A DNA stretch of 64,000 bases, from the NCBI GenBank assembly GCA_000165425.1, contig CT868385.1, positions 248,001 to 312,000 of the forward strand. Reading direction: 5' to 3'. This document shows, one piece after another, positions 37,367 through 50,949 of this stretch (positions are counted from its first letter, which is position 1; the number at the start of each line of letters is the position of its first letter). The notes under the pieces were generated by a model, which worked only from the letters and a program-made list of their open reading frames with translations, was not told the DNA's origin and did no database searches. Origin of the DNA: Paramecium tetraurelia. Its lineage: Eukaryota. The translations under genes and the position numbers were made by a program.

Positions 37367-38925
37367 ATGGAATCTCAAAATTGTAATTAACCTTCATTTA
37401 ACATTAGCATTGACCAAATCAGTAATGGATGGATTTGAAAACATATTACTGACTTAAACTTAATTCACAACACAAAGGAGGAAAGTCTTTTTGGAAGATA
37501 ATCTCAAATATGGAAAAGAGATTGAGAGAGATTACAATAAATTGTAAGACATAATTGATGTAAAATCAATATCCTAAACTTTCTTAGAATTTGCAAGGCA
37601 AAGTTGATAAAATTATTAAATCTTAAGAAGATGATTTTATGATTGCATACAAAGAACAAATGGCTGAAATATAAAAAGAGTTAAAGGCAATGAAGAAAAA
37701 GATAGATGAAGAGACACTTCGATAAAATTCAGATGAAAAAAAAAGAATATTAGAAGAAGAGAGAGATTATTTTAGAGAAGAAGCCTTGAGATTGGATAAA
37801 TTATGTTAAGAACAAATAAGAACTATAGAAGAACTAAAATTTAAATTAAAAATAACTTAAGAAGAAAAATAGTATTATGAATGTTTTGTTATTGGTATAT
37901 CAATTGTATAAAGAATTTAGATTCTAAAAAAGAAAATAAAGCCTTGAAATAGGAGCTACTCTAATTATATAAATAGAAAAGTGAAGAATAAAGAATTGGC
38001 TAAAGAGTGAGTTCCGTTGGAGATATTAATCAAAGGACAGTTATAAAAAAAAATATAGATTATAGATCATTTACATAAGAAGGACCACAATTTACAGCGA
38101 TTAAAGACGAACAGGGAGATGCATCTAAACGAGAATTTTCATCAAATAAATCAGGATAAAAAACCCAATTATCAAGCAAAATATAAGATTATGGGTCAGC
38201 TTAACATGAAATTTTTAAAAGAGAAATGTCATCCTAATAACGAAGTAGATAAAATTAGGATATTCAACAAGTATTACCTTAATTTATTAGATTTAAGATA
38301 CCACAAAATAGGAACAGATCTAAGAACTTAGATCATAATTATAAAAAGAAAAATAAATAAATCAATTATTAAAAGCTGAGCTGTCTAAATACAATTGCTA
38401 AAAAGGAGAATTAGAATAAATACTGATAGATTGTGTAAATGAAATGAAAAAAGAAGTGTTAAATCGATAGAATTAATAAAGATAGTTCTTTTAACATAGG
38501 CCTACTTCCTACTCATAACCTAATATAGAGGGGGAAAAGCAATATTCTCAATTTACTCATACTGACAAGATGTAAAATACTTATAATAATATATAGACAA
38601 CTCTTAAAGAGATTCATTTCGAGTGATGAATTTTTAAATCAGTTATATTAGATTACATTTAATAATTAGATGCAGTTGTCTACTTAATTAAAATTAAACG
38701 AGAAATGGAAAATTGATGCAGATGAAGCGGCCAAAAAGTTTTAAAATTTCAAATAATTTAAGTATAGATATAAAACAAGCCAACGTAAGTTTATCTATTA
38801 TTTTAGCAATTTTAAAAACTTCTTTAATAAAAAGACAAGACAAAGAAGTTGTTTAAACCTCATCTAATTACAATGATAAAACAAGGGAACTTATAGATTA
38901 AATCATTAAAGTTGATTAATCTTGA
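37367..38925 (+). CDS. Coiled-coil protein (ERDYFREEALRLD motif), function unknown
   Basis: Continuous spliced frame with several 20-28 nt introns and heptad-rich E/K/Q sequence. Confidence 0.75.
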
Positions 38926-38948
38926 TTACCATATATTTTTAATTTTTA

Positions 38949-40400
38949 TCATTATTATGCAACTAAATTAAAATTAATAGATTCATCATGAATGACTTCC
39001 CAATTACCTAGTTTTTGTTTGGCGGCATTCTACAGACATTTCTCAATTGGTTTGTTCTTTTCATCATTTAAACAAATGACTAAATCTAATGTTTGCTAAA
39101 CTACTGGAGGAATAACTTAAGCTTAAGTAGAAGTATCTAATTGTCATTATGGGAATGTACCTAAAAATAATGCTGGATTAGTATTCATTTCGATTAGATA
39201 CACTTTTAAATTGGTGTCTATCATGATGTCACATCCCATCAATTCAAAAGTGCCTAATCTCTTTTCAAATTTATCTGCTGCACATCTAATTATATGTGCA
39301 AATATTTTTTTCATTTACAAATACATTTTATCAATCTGTTCTTGCGTCACATTCATTTTCTCTATTAAATATTACTATTTAGCTGAAATATATGATTACT
39401 TCAAATTGCTGCATTGACCAAATGGTTGATTCTTTAGAAGAACTAAAGGAAGGATGCTTTTTTTAAATAGCTGCGTTAGTTAGATGTTTGTATCTATTCT
39501 TTTCATCATCCATATCTTCAACATTATATTTATCTACAGATAAACGCAAGTATCCATGTTAAAAGAGAACAAATAATGGTCTTGAAGTAGCGATCAATAC
39601 ATAACATCTAATATCAAATTTACGGCCATCCAATAACAGAGGATTTTAAATATATTTTTACACTATACATTTTTTAAGATTAGGAGTGAATACACCATTA
39701 GGCAAAAATCCTTTTTATGATTTTATTGAATTTGAGATTTATTTTAATCTAATATTTACAAAATATCATTACTTTTAAAACTCTTATTTTAATTTTTTTG
39801 CGTTAGAACATAATTTTATGCCTCTTCCACAATTAAAATAGGTTGGTTTAATAATCCAAACTGCTGAATTATCTGTTTTCAAAAATTGATCTTCCTCATT
39901 GCTCATAAACTCTTGGGTTAAATCAATTCTGTATGTTTCAGGAAAGAAGTGTGACGAATTGAATTATAATTCTAAATTAAACAAACAAATTACATTTGTT
40001 TTACCTTTCATACTCTTTCATTGTTTATATGATAAGCTATTTTGATGTAAGAATCATATGGTTAGGTAAATGATTGATTATTTACTATCCCTCTTTGAAT
40101 TATTAGAATTGAATTTCAGAATTAGTTTGAACCCATTTCAAATAAAAATCATTTGAAGATTTTCCGCTTTCTGCATCTAAAATCTTCCAACCTCTAATAA
40201 ATCAATAATTATTCTCGTTACGATTATTGAGATAAATAATTCGAAATCAATTTGCCATTATTGCCTGGGCCAACAAAATAATATTTCAAACACAACGGTT
40301 TCCTGTTTAACGATTTTTTTTTGGGATCTTCTGTCTGTGACCTAATCTTCTTCGAGCTCTGACTTTTTTTTACCTTTCTTCCCCTTTAAGTTTGTTGCAT
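38949..40400 (-). CDS. TTLL10: TTL-family ligase, TTLL10-like polyglycylase
   Basis: YIQNPLLLDGRKFDIRCYVLI, HGYLRL, HLTNAAIQKKHP, TIWSM, LGTFELMGCDIMID, LIEMNTNPAL. Confidence 0.85.
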
Positions 40401-40437
40401 TTTGATAAATATAAAATAAAATACACTTTTATAACTA

Positions 40438-43400
40438 ATGCAATTAAAGTGTGCAGAATACTTAAAAGAAGCTGTAATTATATTAAATATTATAAAGGTA
40501 ACTACAAATAACGAATAAGCGAGATATACCTATATGTCTAAAGCATGCAAATAAATTGCATAATTATTACCATTTTAGTCCATGTGGCATCTACTTTTAA
40601 AGTAAGATTAGTTGTTTTTTTATATGTTGATGTTATAATCAATGTTTGGATAGAATATCAAGATGCTATTAGAGTTAATTATAGAAAGATTTGCACCCAT
40701 CACTTAGTTCTAAATTTAATTTCTAAATGCCTGCTCACAAATATTCTAACAGGACACCAATTATCTATCAGATGTAATGAAGAGCCATATTTCAGGAATT
40801 TACTAAGAGTGCATAATCTAACTTTAGTTCTTTATAAAGCAAATTCCAAAGAATGATTCGACTGAAGGTTAGTCAGTTGCAGAATAAATTACATAAGCTT
40901 ATAAAGCAATTTTGTCGAATATTCATGATTAAAAAGTTACTTTGGAACTCTACAATAGTTTGTAAGGAATTGTGAATAAATGGCCTTTAATACATGAATT
41001 GAATCCATTGATTTTTCATGAAATTGAGGAAATAATAGCGACAAGAACACCTAGGACAGTTGAAATTCAAGTTATTGAAGAGTATCTCGAATGCGAATCT
41101 CCAACAAGATCTAACTCTATCCGAAAGGAAAATTAGGTTGTAGTTGAATTATAGAGATGGTTGAGTAAAGTAAACTACCCTATACCTGTAATTTCAAAAA
41201 AAATCGCAAGCAGTGTAATTAATTCTTAAAATATGTTCAAACTGAAAGACAATATAGAAATTATGTTGTCTTTTATTTATTGCCCTTTAAAGTATGATCC
41301 TGCTAATTGCGTAATGAAATTTGTTTAATTTTAAGTGGTCTAGAATAGAATTGAATAGAACCATCAACTTGAAAGATATTCCTAACCTTAAAGATTGTTT
41401 ATCTCTAAACTCACCAGCTCAACTTTATCACATTCGTTCTATAAGATCGTTGCAAAGTTTAACAGATGATGAAAATCATTCAATCATAGCTAAAGTCAAT
41501 CCTGCATATCTAAAAATAGCATGTATCTAATATTATTCTAAATTCTTAGTTTCCTATCTATCTTAATGCTTTAATGAAGACTAACTAAAGTACTGTAACT
41601 TTAACCATTTAACTCAATTACTTACTTTCTATTTAGAAAAAGAATAGGATATTTCAGTGTACTTTACTCTATATTACAATATTCCCTATGCATTCTTGTA
41701 TTACATTAATTATGATCAGTCCTCTTCATTTTTAATCCATTTATTCACTTAGATTAATTTATTGATCCATATCCCATCTGAACATTAATAATCACTGTAC
41801 AATTAGGTGTGGGAGTATTTTAAGGCTGCAGACTTATTTACTGAATTGATTAATATATTGGTGAATCCAAGTTCTAAGAGTGAATTATTATTAAAATGTT
41901 CATAAAACTTTAGGAACAATAAGATGTTGGATGTTTTCACTATTAATCCAGATTTTTAACTGAAAGAGAAAGTATATTAATAGAATGACAACAACAATTT
42001 TAATTATATCATTGAGGAAAAAGCTCATCTAAGATGGGATATTGATTAACTTAAGCATTTTGTACACAAAAAAACAATTAAATAACTATCTTTTTTTAAC
42101 AAATCATCTAATAATATCATACCTTTAACAATTGAAAAACCGGCTTCAATGATGGATGTAATAAGGTAGGCTATTTAAAATGCTGAAATCATTACTGAAC
42201 CACACAAAAAGAGGTAATCTCGGGAAGGAAGAGAAAGATTAATTGTTCTTAGAAGTGCATCAGTTATGTTCGATTTAGATGAATAGGATTAGGTGAAGGA
42301 TCCTTTTGTTCCTTATGATTATAATCCAAATCCTCTAGAATTAAGAGTAGAAACTAAGGAGAGCAACAATAAGTATGATTAGAAATCATAATCCTTTATG
42401 AAAGAAAGTTCAAAGACTATCTTCAAGAAACATTCAAGAAATATGTCTTTTTAATTGTATCCTCTATCCTTAAAGGATGTGATTTAAGGTAAATGGGATT
42501 AAGAATAATAATCAGTTTAATTTTAAATTGAAAAGTAACAATCCTTATAATTCTTAGTTTAATAAAAGAAGAACCTTTTTGTTATAATTTAACCTAGTTT
42601 TTGTCAATTTTAGTTTAACATTTAATTATGGCTAATCACAAATTACTTTAATCAAAAAACCATACCATTGATAAAAGAGATATATATTTAGGAATGATTT
42701 TATTAGATTAGACTTCATCTATATTTGACAATTTGATTAAAGTAAATTATTTATGTTAATATAGATTTATTTCTTTAAAATCAAACTTAGTCCTTATGTT
42801 AAAGAAAATAGTGCCATTTTATGTGGAAAATTGGTTAATTTTCTTATCAAGCAGAAACCAGAGTTTATTAATTTTCAAGATAATGGTTAAATTTATATTG
42901 ATTATTTGTGTAAAATACTCATAAACTCTTTATCTTGGAAAAATACTAATGCTACCAAAATAGACTTAGATGTTAGTAAAATTTTACTCTGTGAAACTCT
43001 ATGTTTATTGATAGAAACTGGAATAGAAAGAGGGTAATCCAATTTATTAAACAGAATAACTGCGACAACATGGAGTTGTCTAATAGAAATATGTAGGTAA
43101 TGTCTATCAACAAGACCAAATTAAATATTTTAGGGTCTTTTTCTTAGAATATTAAAATTAAATATGGAATTCGGATCAGACTTTAATATTCACACGATCT
43201 TTATGAAATTAAATTTATTAAGTATTCTTAAACAGCTCTCAGAACTAACTCAGTAGAATGGAGTTCCTAATAAACGATTTAGCTATCTGAATGAATTCAT
43301 AAAGTCTGCTTGCTCTCTCTTATAGTATTATATCAATAAAAACCCATCCAAAGAATGCTTTAAGTTAATCTAAAACCTCGATTCATGGAAACTGTTAAAG

Positions 43401-43541
43401 CATTAATATAGGATACATTCTCATCAACATGCTAGCAGTTTCTATAGTGTAGATTCAAGAATTTTAAATAACTCGACTCCAGCAACCAGTTAAAGCTTAG
43501 CCAAAATCAGAATTCGAAAATCTGCAAATTCAAAAGTTTGA
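40438..43541 (+). CDS. Large hypothetical helical protein (~950 aa)
   Basis: Long code-6 frame joined by short introns (e.g. 42535-42557). No confident family. Confidence 0.65.
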
Positions 43542-43823
43542 AAGGATTGATTCCATATAATTATTATAAATATATCCATTATTATTAGTAAAAATCATTA
43601 AATACTTACTTTTAGCCTATTTTATATAAATTCTTTTAATTTTAATCAATTTTTTAAGATTAAAGTCAAATTTTATCTATTTTTCATAAAGATTTAATTC
43701 TTCATCAGTTTCCTACTATAATTAATTTATTAAACTTATTAATAACCATTTTAGAGAGAATTTCAAATTCATAATCTTACATAATTATAATTTTAGATAA
43801 AATTTATAGAAAAATTAATTTTT

Positions 43824-44878
43824 TCAATTAAATCCTTTGTTTTCTGAATTTTTGGATGTATGAATGATACCCTTAACAATACTATTGATTGATGAATAAT
43901 TCTTTGGAATTTCAGCTCCTTTAAATCTCGAATAGGATTTGATTTCTGGTTTAAGTTTCAAAGCAACTACACTTTTCATAGTTCTCTCAAGAGCAAGCAA
44001 TTAATAGTATGAATTGAATTGCGATTTCTTTGATACTAAATCATGCTTTAGTTTCTCTTATTATTATTTTTGATCTTATCATAGTATTAATGATATACAT
44101 CCTTCTTTAACTTTATTTAGTTATTATGGAACATAGACTTCTTTAATTTCCTTAATTCTCTTGAACTTTTCATCTGTATCTGTGGAAACTAATTCATTAA
44201 AATATTTTTTCCTTAGATCTGAAATCATATTTAAAGTCAATTATCCAACATCTACCTCTCTAGCTTATTTCTAATATATAAGATAATTGTACTTCCAATA
44301 ATCGTAGTCTCTCTTCTTCCTCTTTCTTCTTTCTCAAAATTTCATCTTAGTTTATCCTCTATTGAATTTGCATGATAATCTTTCTCTTTTTTTATAGATC
44401 ATCTGATTTGATAGCCTTTCGTTATTGTTTTTGAATGGTCTTGTTAGACAAAGCCATTTGCATAATCTCCAATTTGGTTTAAGGGATATGTTCATCCTGA
44501 TTTCTAAATAGTATTTGTAACTAAATACATGTAGAGATTATCAACATGAAGGTAACTGGTTTTCAGTTTTGTTTTCTCTGATAATAATGACTGGATAGAT
44601 TCAGTTGGTGTAAATGCAGTGTTTTGTTAGAGAATATCCAAAATCTATTATTTACTAGGTGGTATCATAGTGTTTTCATTTTGATATTTCTTCAACCCTT
44701 CTTCCAAGGTGTCAATTTGATTTGATAACTCTTATAAAACTTCTTTTGCATTTTACTTGTAAGGATTAAGAATCTTTCTTATTTATTGAGTTGTTAATTT
44801 ACGAAACAAACTTGAATTATAGACATGCTAATAATCGACTTCATTGTCTTTTTCTTATTGTTCTTCATTTAGTTGCAT
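43824..44878 (-). CDS. Hypothetical charged/coiled-coil protein
   Basis: MQLNEEQQEKD...LRKKKEEEERLRLLE...SENKGFN*, with short introns. Confidence 0.65.
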
Positions 44879-44908
44879 TTTATATATAAATTATTAATAA
44901 TTAATTTT

Positions 44909-45976
44909 TCAATAATCTCTTTCCCTTTATTTAATAATTTCCTAAATTTCTGTCACTTTCTTTGTCTTCTTATGATTTTCACCATATTGCATAAGAAATT
45001 CTTGATAAGCCAACCCCATATAATGTCTATATTGTTCTTCGTTATTGAACTTTTTGTAAACAAAGGCTTATGCTTACAAATTGTTAGTGATTGGTATAAT
45101 GTATAACTTGATGTTATTCTCGTCAATGTGTTTTCTGAAATATTCTAATATGAATCAAACTATATAACCTTCAATCTATTTGAGAACTTGTAAAGCCTCC
45201 TTGAAAATGACTTCTTCTGGAAGATTTTCACTAGATGGTGTACCATATTGGTAATATCTCTTTAAATATTTATACCAACATTAGGAAGTCTAGAATAATT
45301 GATCTTTGAGATTACTTTAGCATAAAATTATTCAGCCTCTGAGATTTGTTTCTTTTATTAGAAAATTTATCCCATATAATAGTAATTCAGACTTGTCTGT
45401 GGATGCTCTGGATCAGAACTGCAGGAATCCGTATAAATCTAATCGAAAAAATAGAGATAACAATTACTCCAATCGTTAATTCTGCTAATGCTTTTTTGTA
45501 ATCCTTTTAAGCAAAATAGAGTTTTGAAAATATTTTATGCAACTGACCATTATATTCTGCATTCTCCTTTTCTGAAATATCTTAGCCCATTTTGTTGCCA
45601 TCTTCGCTTCCCTTTTCTTTTGGTTTATTGTATTGATAAAGATTCCAATAAGCAGCCTACAGAAATTCTTCGGCTTTTTTCAATTTGCCTTCTGCTATGT
45701 ATCCTTCTGCCTATATAAATAAACCAGGTAGAAGCAGAACACTATTTTCTCCTCCCAAAATCTCTTTGTATTCTATCATGGCTTTGTGAACTTCTTCTGT
45801 GGCCTTTCTTATTGCATAAAAGTTACATTGAGCTTATTCTCTAGGATCGCTTAACGAGCCTATTCGACAATTTTCTTAAGAGTCTCTTTGGCATCCTCTT
45901 TGCTTTTTTGGGACTTATTTTTATCTTTCTCCTTTTCAGGAATCTGAGATTCCTTTAGTTTTTAGGAGGAATTCAT
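44909..45976 (-). CDS. ZMYND12/p38-like TPR protein lacking a MYND finger
   Basis: LFIQAEGYIAEGKLKKAEEFLQAAYW, LHKIFSKLY, IYTDS...PEHPQTSLNYYYMGQIF...FYAKV...WYKYL resemble the recalled ZMYND12 TPR region. The 5' frame is ambiguous. Confidence 0.65.
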
Positions 45977-46047
45977 TTTAATAATTTATGTCTAATTGTA
46001 ATAAAAGTTAAGGTAAAAGAACACACAATTGTATACTACACATAAAG

Positions 46048-47625
46048 TCAAATTTATAACATCATCTTGAGAAACTCATCTTGTGTTATTGCTCCATCAC
46101 CATCTTGATCCAATTATTTAACTAGTTGTTCATATTTATTATTTGGTATCTACATATCTCTTAATAATTTTTTGATTTCCTGTCTACTCAATTCTCCACT
46201 GTGATCTCTATCAATTTAAGTAAATAACAATAAGAGTTTTTCCCTATTAAAATACTTCTTCTAATCGATTGTTGCAATAATGAATTCTAAAATAATCAAT
46301 TTTATTATACCTTAATAATCAATCTTACCACTTCCATTTACATCTATTCTTTTAAAAATTGTATTCACTTCTTTTAAAGCCCTCTCAGGAGGCAATGTTT
46401 CTGAATAAACTTTGAGTAATTCATCTTTGGTCAATTGTCCATCTTTATTGAGATCATATTTTTAGAATTCATCCATTAATCTCTTTTTATCCTATTCTGA
46501 CATCATGTTCTCTGCAATATACATTAACATAGCTGCCTATATTTAAGAGGATATCTAATTTAGAAGTACAATTACTTTGAATTCTTTCATATGCTTGTAC
46601 AATTATTTATTAGGTTTGTACATAATTCTATTTCTATTATTCAAAACTGGATGATTGAGGACCTCTTATGCAGATGGTCTTCTCTGAGGATTGGCATCCA
46701 ACATCTTGCTTAATAACTGCTTCATTTAGGGATTCATGTTAGTACACTCAGTACTATCAAAATTAGGAACACCACGAAGGATGCAACTTTTTAGGGATTG
46801 ATAATTATTAGCCTAAAATGGCATATGAGAGGTTATGATGAAATACAAGAGACAACCACATGAATAAATATCTGATTTAAAAGTTGATTGTCCTTTGATA
46901 GTATCAGGAGATTTAAACGATAACTCTTACATAGTATTTTTTGGTTTCCACGATGAGAATTCTGATTTGATTGAATTTGGTATCCCAAAATCGATTAATT
47001 TAATTTTTTCTAAATTTCTGTTTGTAAATAGAATGTGCTCTAATCGAATATCACTAATTTCATTTAGAACTATACCCATGCATCACTCCATTATCGTGTA
47101 AGTATTAAACTCCAGCCATAATCTAACAAAAGATTTCAATCTATTGGTATTGCTGCAATTAGCTAAATTTATCCAGCTAAGTTAAAAGGTTGCCTCCGTC
47201 GATGAATTCACCAATTAAACTTAATCTGCAATCACAGTAATAATAGGCAGAAGTGCTTTGAATATTGAGATGTTTCTAATTGAAGAAAAAATTTATACCA
47301 ATGATAACAACAGATTAATAGTCTCTTATAATTGTTATTTTCTTTCTACACTGGCATTTGAACAATTATAAGTCCTGATTATTCGTGCTTAACTCTATGT
47401 TTTCGAGATTCCCTTCCGTATATAAGATCGTAGAGCTAGTTATTATATAAGATGATGGTTACTTGCTAGTGGATCTAGTTTATGAAGAATGTAGTCTGTG
47501 TCTATTGCTTCAGTTTTTTAAATAACAGTCATTCCCATGGAAACCTAAGTCGAAATAGGTACATTGGATTTGAAATTTTTATCTTCCAGTTATTTTGAGT
47601 CTTGCTTTAATTAACCGCATCCCAT
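46048..47625 (-). CDS. Degenerate CDPK-like protein (kinase-like domain + 4 EF hands), probable pseudokinase
   Basis: N-terminal MGCG; HGDIRLEHILF, DFG, FKSPD; no Gly-rich loop; EF loops DLNKDGQL, DVNGSGKI, DRDHSGEL, DQDGDGAI. Confidence 0.85.
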
Positions 47626-47724
47626 CTTTGAAATTCCGTAATAAAACTTTGAAATATTTAATATAATTATGGATTGCTTTTAGTTATTGAAAAATACATA
47701 AAATAATAATATTAAAATATTATA

Positions 47725-50700
47725 ATGTTAACAATGACTTCAGATGACAAGGGAACATATTATATCAAAACTCAACAGGAGATTGAGGTGGTGAAAAAAC
47801 AACTGCAAAAGCTAAAACCCAACTGTATTTCTAATTAAATAACGAATAGCTTAGACATCATCATTCCTCCAACATTAATATAACTAATTAAATGAGTAGT
47901 TGAAAACTCTTGAAGACAAATTGTCAAATGTCAACTCAGCGTTTTATGATCAACTAATAAGCAATTTTGATAACACTGTCCAAAAATTACCAAATGTTAA
48001 TGATAGTATGCTATGAATAAATTAGGAAATCTCTAACCGCAATTTTATACAAACTCACAAAACAGCATGTACCAACAACAAGTTCAACTACCCTTTATTG
48101 ATCAATTTCTCAACGTACGAACACTCCCATAAGTGAGGTATAATAATAATCTAAATTAAGTGTGGAACCGCTGGGCAAATCAACACTCAAACCAAAAGGA
48201 TTACACACTGTAAAAAGTGCTATTTAATGTAAGTAAATATTTAGAGATGATTTAATTTAGTTAGCAGAAAGTTCTAATCAAAAAAACAGTCTTAACAATA
48301 ATTGACTAAAGTGGATGATCTGACTCTGTATAAGAAGGGCATCACAGAACTTGTTAACCAAGGGACCATCAAAAAGCAAGATATCAATACGTTGTTAAAT
48401 CCAAACAATGTGGCCTTTAGAAATCAATAAGCAAAGTATCTCCCATTCCTCATATCATCTAGCTTCTTTGATTACACTGATCAATTTGGAAACAAGATTG
48501 TTCAACTCGAAAGTCAATCCTTTTAGAATAATTTCAAAACTGATTTGAAACAGGATGTCACTGGAACAAATACACAAAGTGTTGGATAGATATAGGTTCA
48601 AGATAATAGTAAGGCCAATTATAATTAAAAGAAAATGAGTTTACAAAGTAAATCAAAACCAAAATATGTTGATGCTAAGGAGGCTACTTCCTTATCAAAA
48701 GAACATGAGAGACCCATTTCAGAATAATTACAAAATTTAAGCACTCAACAAGAATATATGATTCATGTCAAAAATGGATTATTATAAACAGATCAATTAT
48801 AATATGTTCAATTTTAAAATAGATATTATGAGAATTGGAGTAAGATAGAACCAATTTTGATAAGTTTGCAAAAGATTGCATAATCAACCTCCGTTTAGGA
48901 TTGTAGAATACTTGGTTCTAAGGTCTAGAAATTATCTTAGGAGTTTGACAGAAGTCAAGTATTTACTATGGCTGAGTTGCTTTAATGTTTTGAGAACTGG
49001 GAAGATCTATAAAAAATATTGAAGGTTCCTACATTATTGTATAAATCAAAAGATGGTTAAGTTTAGGCAGCCACAAAAATATCTGCTTTGTTTAAAGGAT
49101 ATCAAGCAAGGAAAAACTATTAGAGATTGAAAATTATGGTAGAAAAAGTGATTATAATTCAAAGATCAATGAGAGTATCTTTATTCAGAAAGAAAGTATA
49201 AAAGCAAATCATAAAAAATAATAATTATATGTTGGAGAGATTCAAAAATAGACAGAATGTATTTAAAGAGGAATGGCCATTTATCAAATTATAATAAAGA
49301 TTTGAAATTCATTTGAACTCGTTTTCATTTGAAGAAATCAAAAGACTCTCCATGGACAAATTTCCTTAGAGATAGAATACTTAAATAACTAGGATATTTA
49401 ATTTAAAGGATCCTCTCGTGCATATAATTTATGTAGCTCCATTTGACTTACCTAGTGAATTGATTGATTACTTCTATAAAATTCTAAATCTTGGAGACAT
49501 TTCAGATTGTAAAAATAGATTGCACTTTGTTTGGCCAGTATAAATATCATATAATCATAGGAAAATTACAATATTTTCAATAATCATATGGGATTGTCTC
49601 AGCTGCTGTATTATTCACCAAGAGCTCTAAAGAGAATCAAATCCTTAATAAGAGGATAATCATCCTATATTGTACCTGGTGTTTGTTCGAATGATGATAT
49701 AAAAATATCTGATATTCTAAATGTTCCAATATTTTCAGGGATTCCACAATTGCATCAATATTATTCAACAAAATCGGGTTGTAAGGTATTGTTTGATGAA
49801 TTACAAATGCCCCAACCACCAACTATTCGTAATATTTACGATGAAAAAGAATTAATAAATTCATTGTCAGTTTTGATAATAAAAAATCCAACTATAAACA
49901 CTTGGATTATTAAGGTGGATGATGAATCTTAAGGAAGAGGCATAGCTTGGTTAGAGGTCCAGAAAATGATCAAAAACATATAACCATTGGAAATCAATTA
50001 GTTAGCATAAATATTGACAAAGAAAATCAAGAAGAAGCTTCATTATGCATTTCCTCATTTGTATGGTGGATACCATGAATTCATAATGAGTATAGCCAAT
50101 CGAGGAGGGATCATAGAAGGATCACCTTTAAGTAGATTGTCTTAAATACATTCAATTTCATACAACTTCAAAGTGGAACCTACAGGAGAAGTCTCCATTT
50201 TAGGATCATATGAAAAGATTAAAACCAATGAAATTTAAACTATTGCTTCTTTTAGTCCCTAGAGTTTTTTGAAGATAAATCAAGAAGTTTTATGCCATTA
50301 AATTGCTTAGAAACTCTATGGCAAGGGATTAATCGGATATTTTACAATAGACACAATAGGATATTAATTAGAAAATAATAAGTAGGGATTTCAAGTAATT
50401 GGGTTAGATTGCTTCTTAAATCAATATAGTAGCGCATCTATATATTTTGATTTTCTAATGAGAGGCAGATTGGATGTTTCTACAGGTAGTTATTATGTGG
50501 AAGATACCAACAGATAAAACAATGTTAGATACTCCATTTATTGTCCAACGATAATGAATGAAGGACTGGATGTGTTATAATATAAGACATTCTTTCAATT
50601 ATGTAGATTGGAATCTATCTCTTTCAATTTAGAAAAAAAGATAGGATCTACTTTCATTTTGGTAGACTCATTATAAAGTGGTGTGATCAGCCTAATGACA

Positions 50701-50933
50701 GTAGGTATCAACTCTCCTTAAGTAATTAAATACATGATCGATGCTATTGGATTTATTTAAAAGAATGTTGGAAGAGGCACTGAATAAATCTAGATTAATA
50801 CCAGGTAATGATCAATAAAGATTAAATTAGAACTGACAAAGTCAATATGATGTCCATTCATTAAAAACTCAAGACTATGCTGAAGAAATTGGAAGGAAGT
50901 GAATACAAAATTCAAAATAGCTAATATTTATGA
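47725..50933 (+). CDS. IQCH: IQ motif-containing protein H-like
   Basis: IQ motifs AATKISALFKGYQARK and IIQRSMR, then FEIHLNSFS, QNTQITRIFNLKDPLVHIIYV, LLYYSPRALKRIK and an ATP-grasp-like C-terminus. Confidence 0.85.
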
Positions 50934-50949
50934 TTATTATTACATTAAT

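Noticed and set aside
42581..42597. Apparent 17-nt intron
   Set aside because: A canonical 23-nt intron at 42535-42557 explains the frame change.
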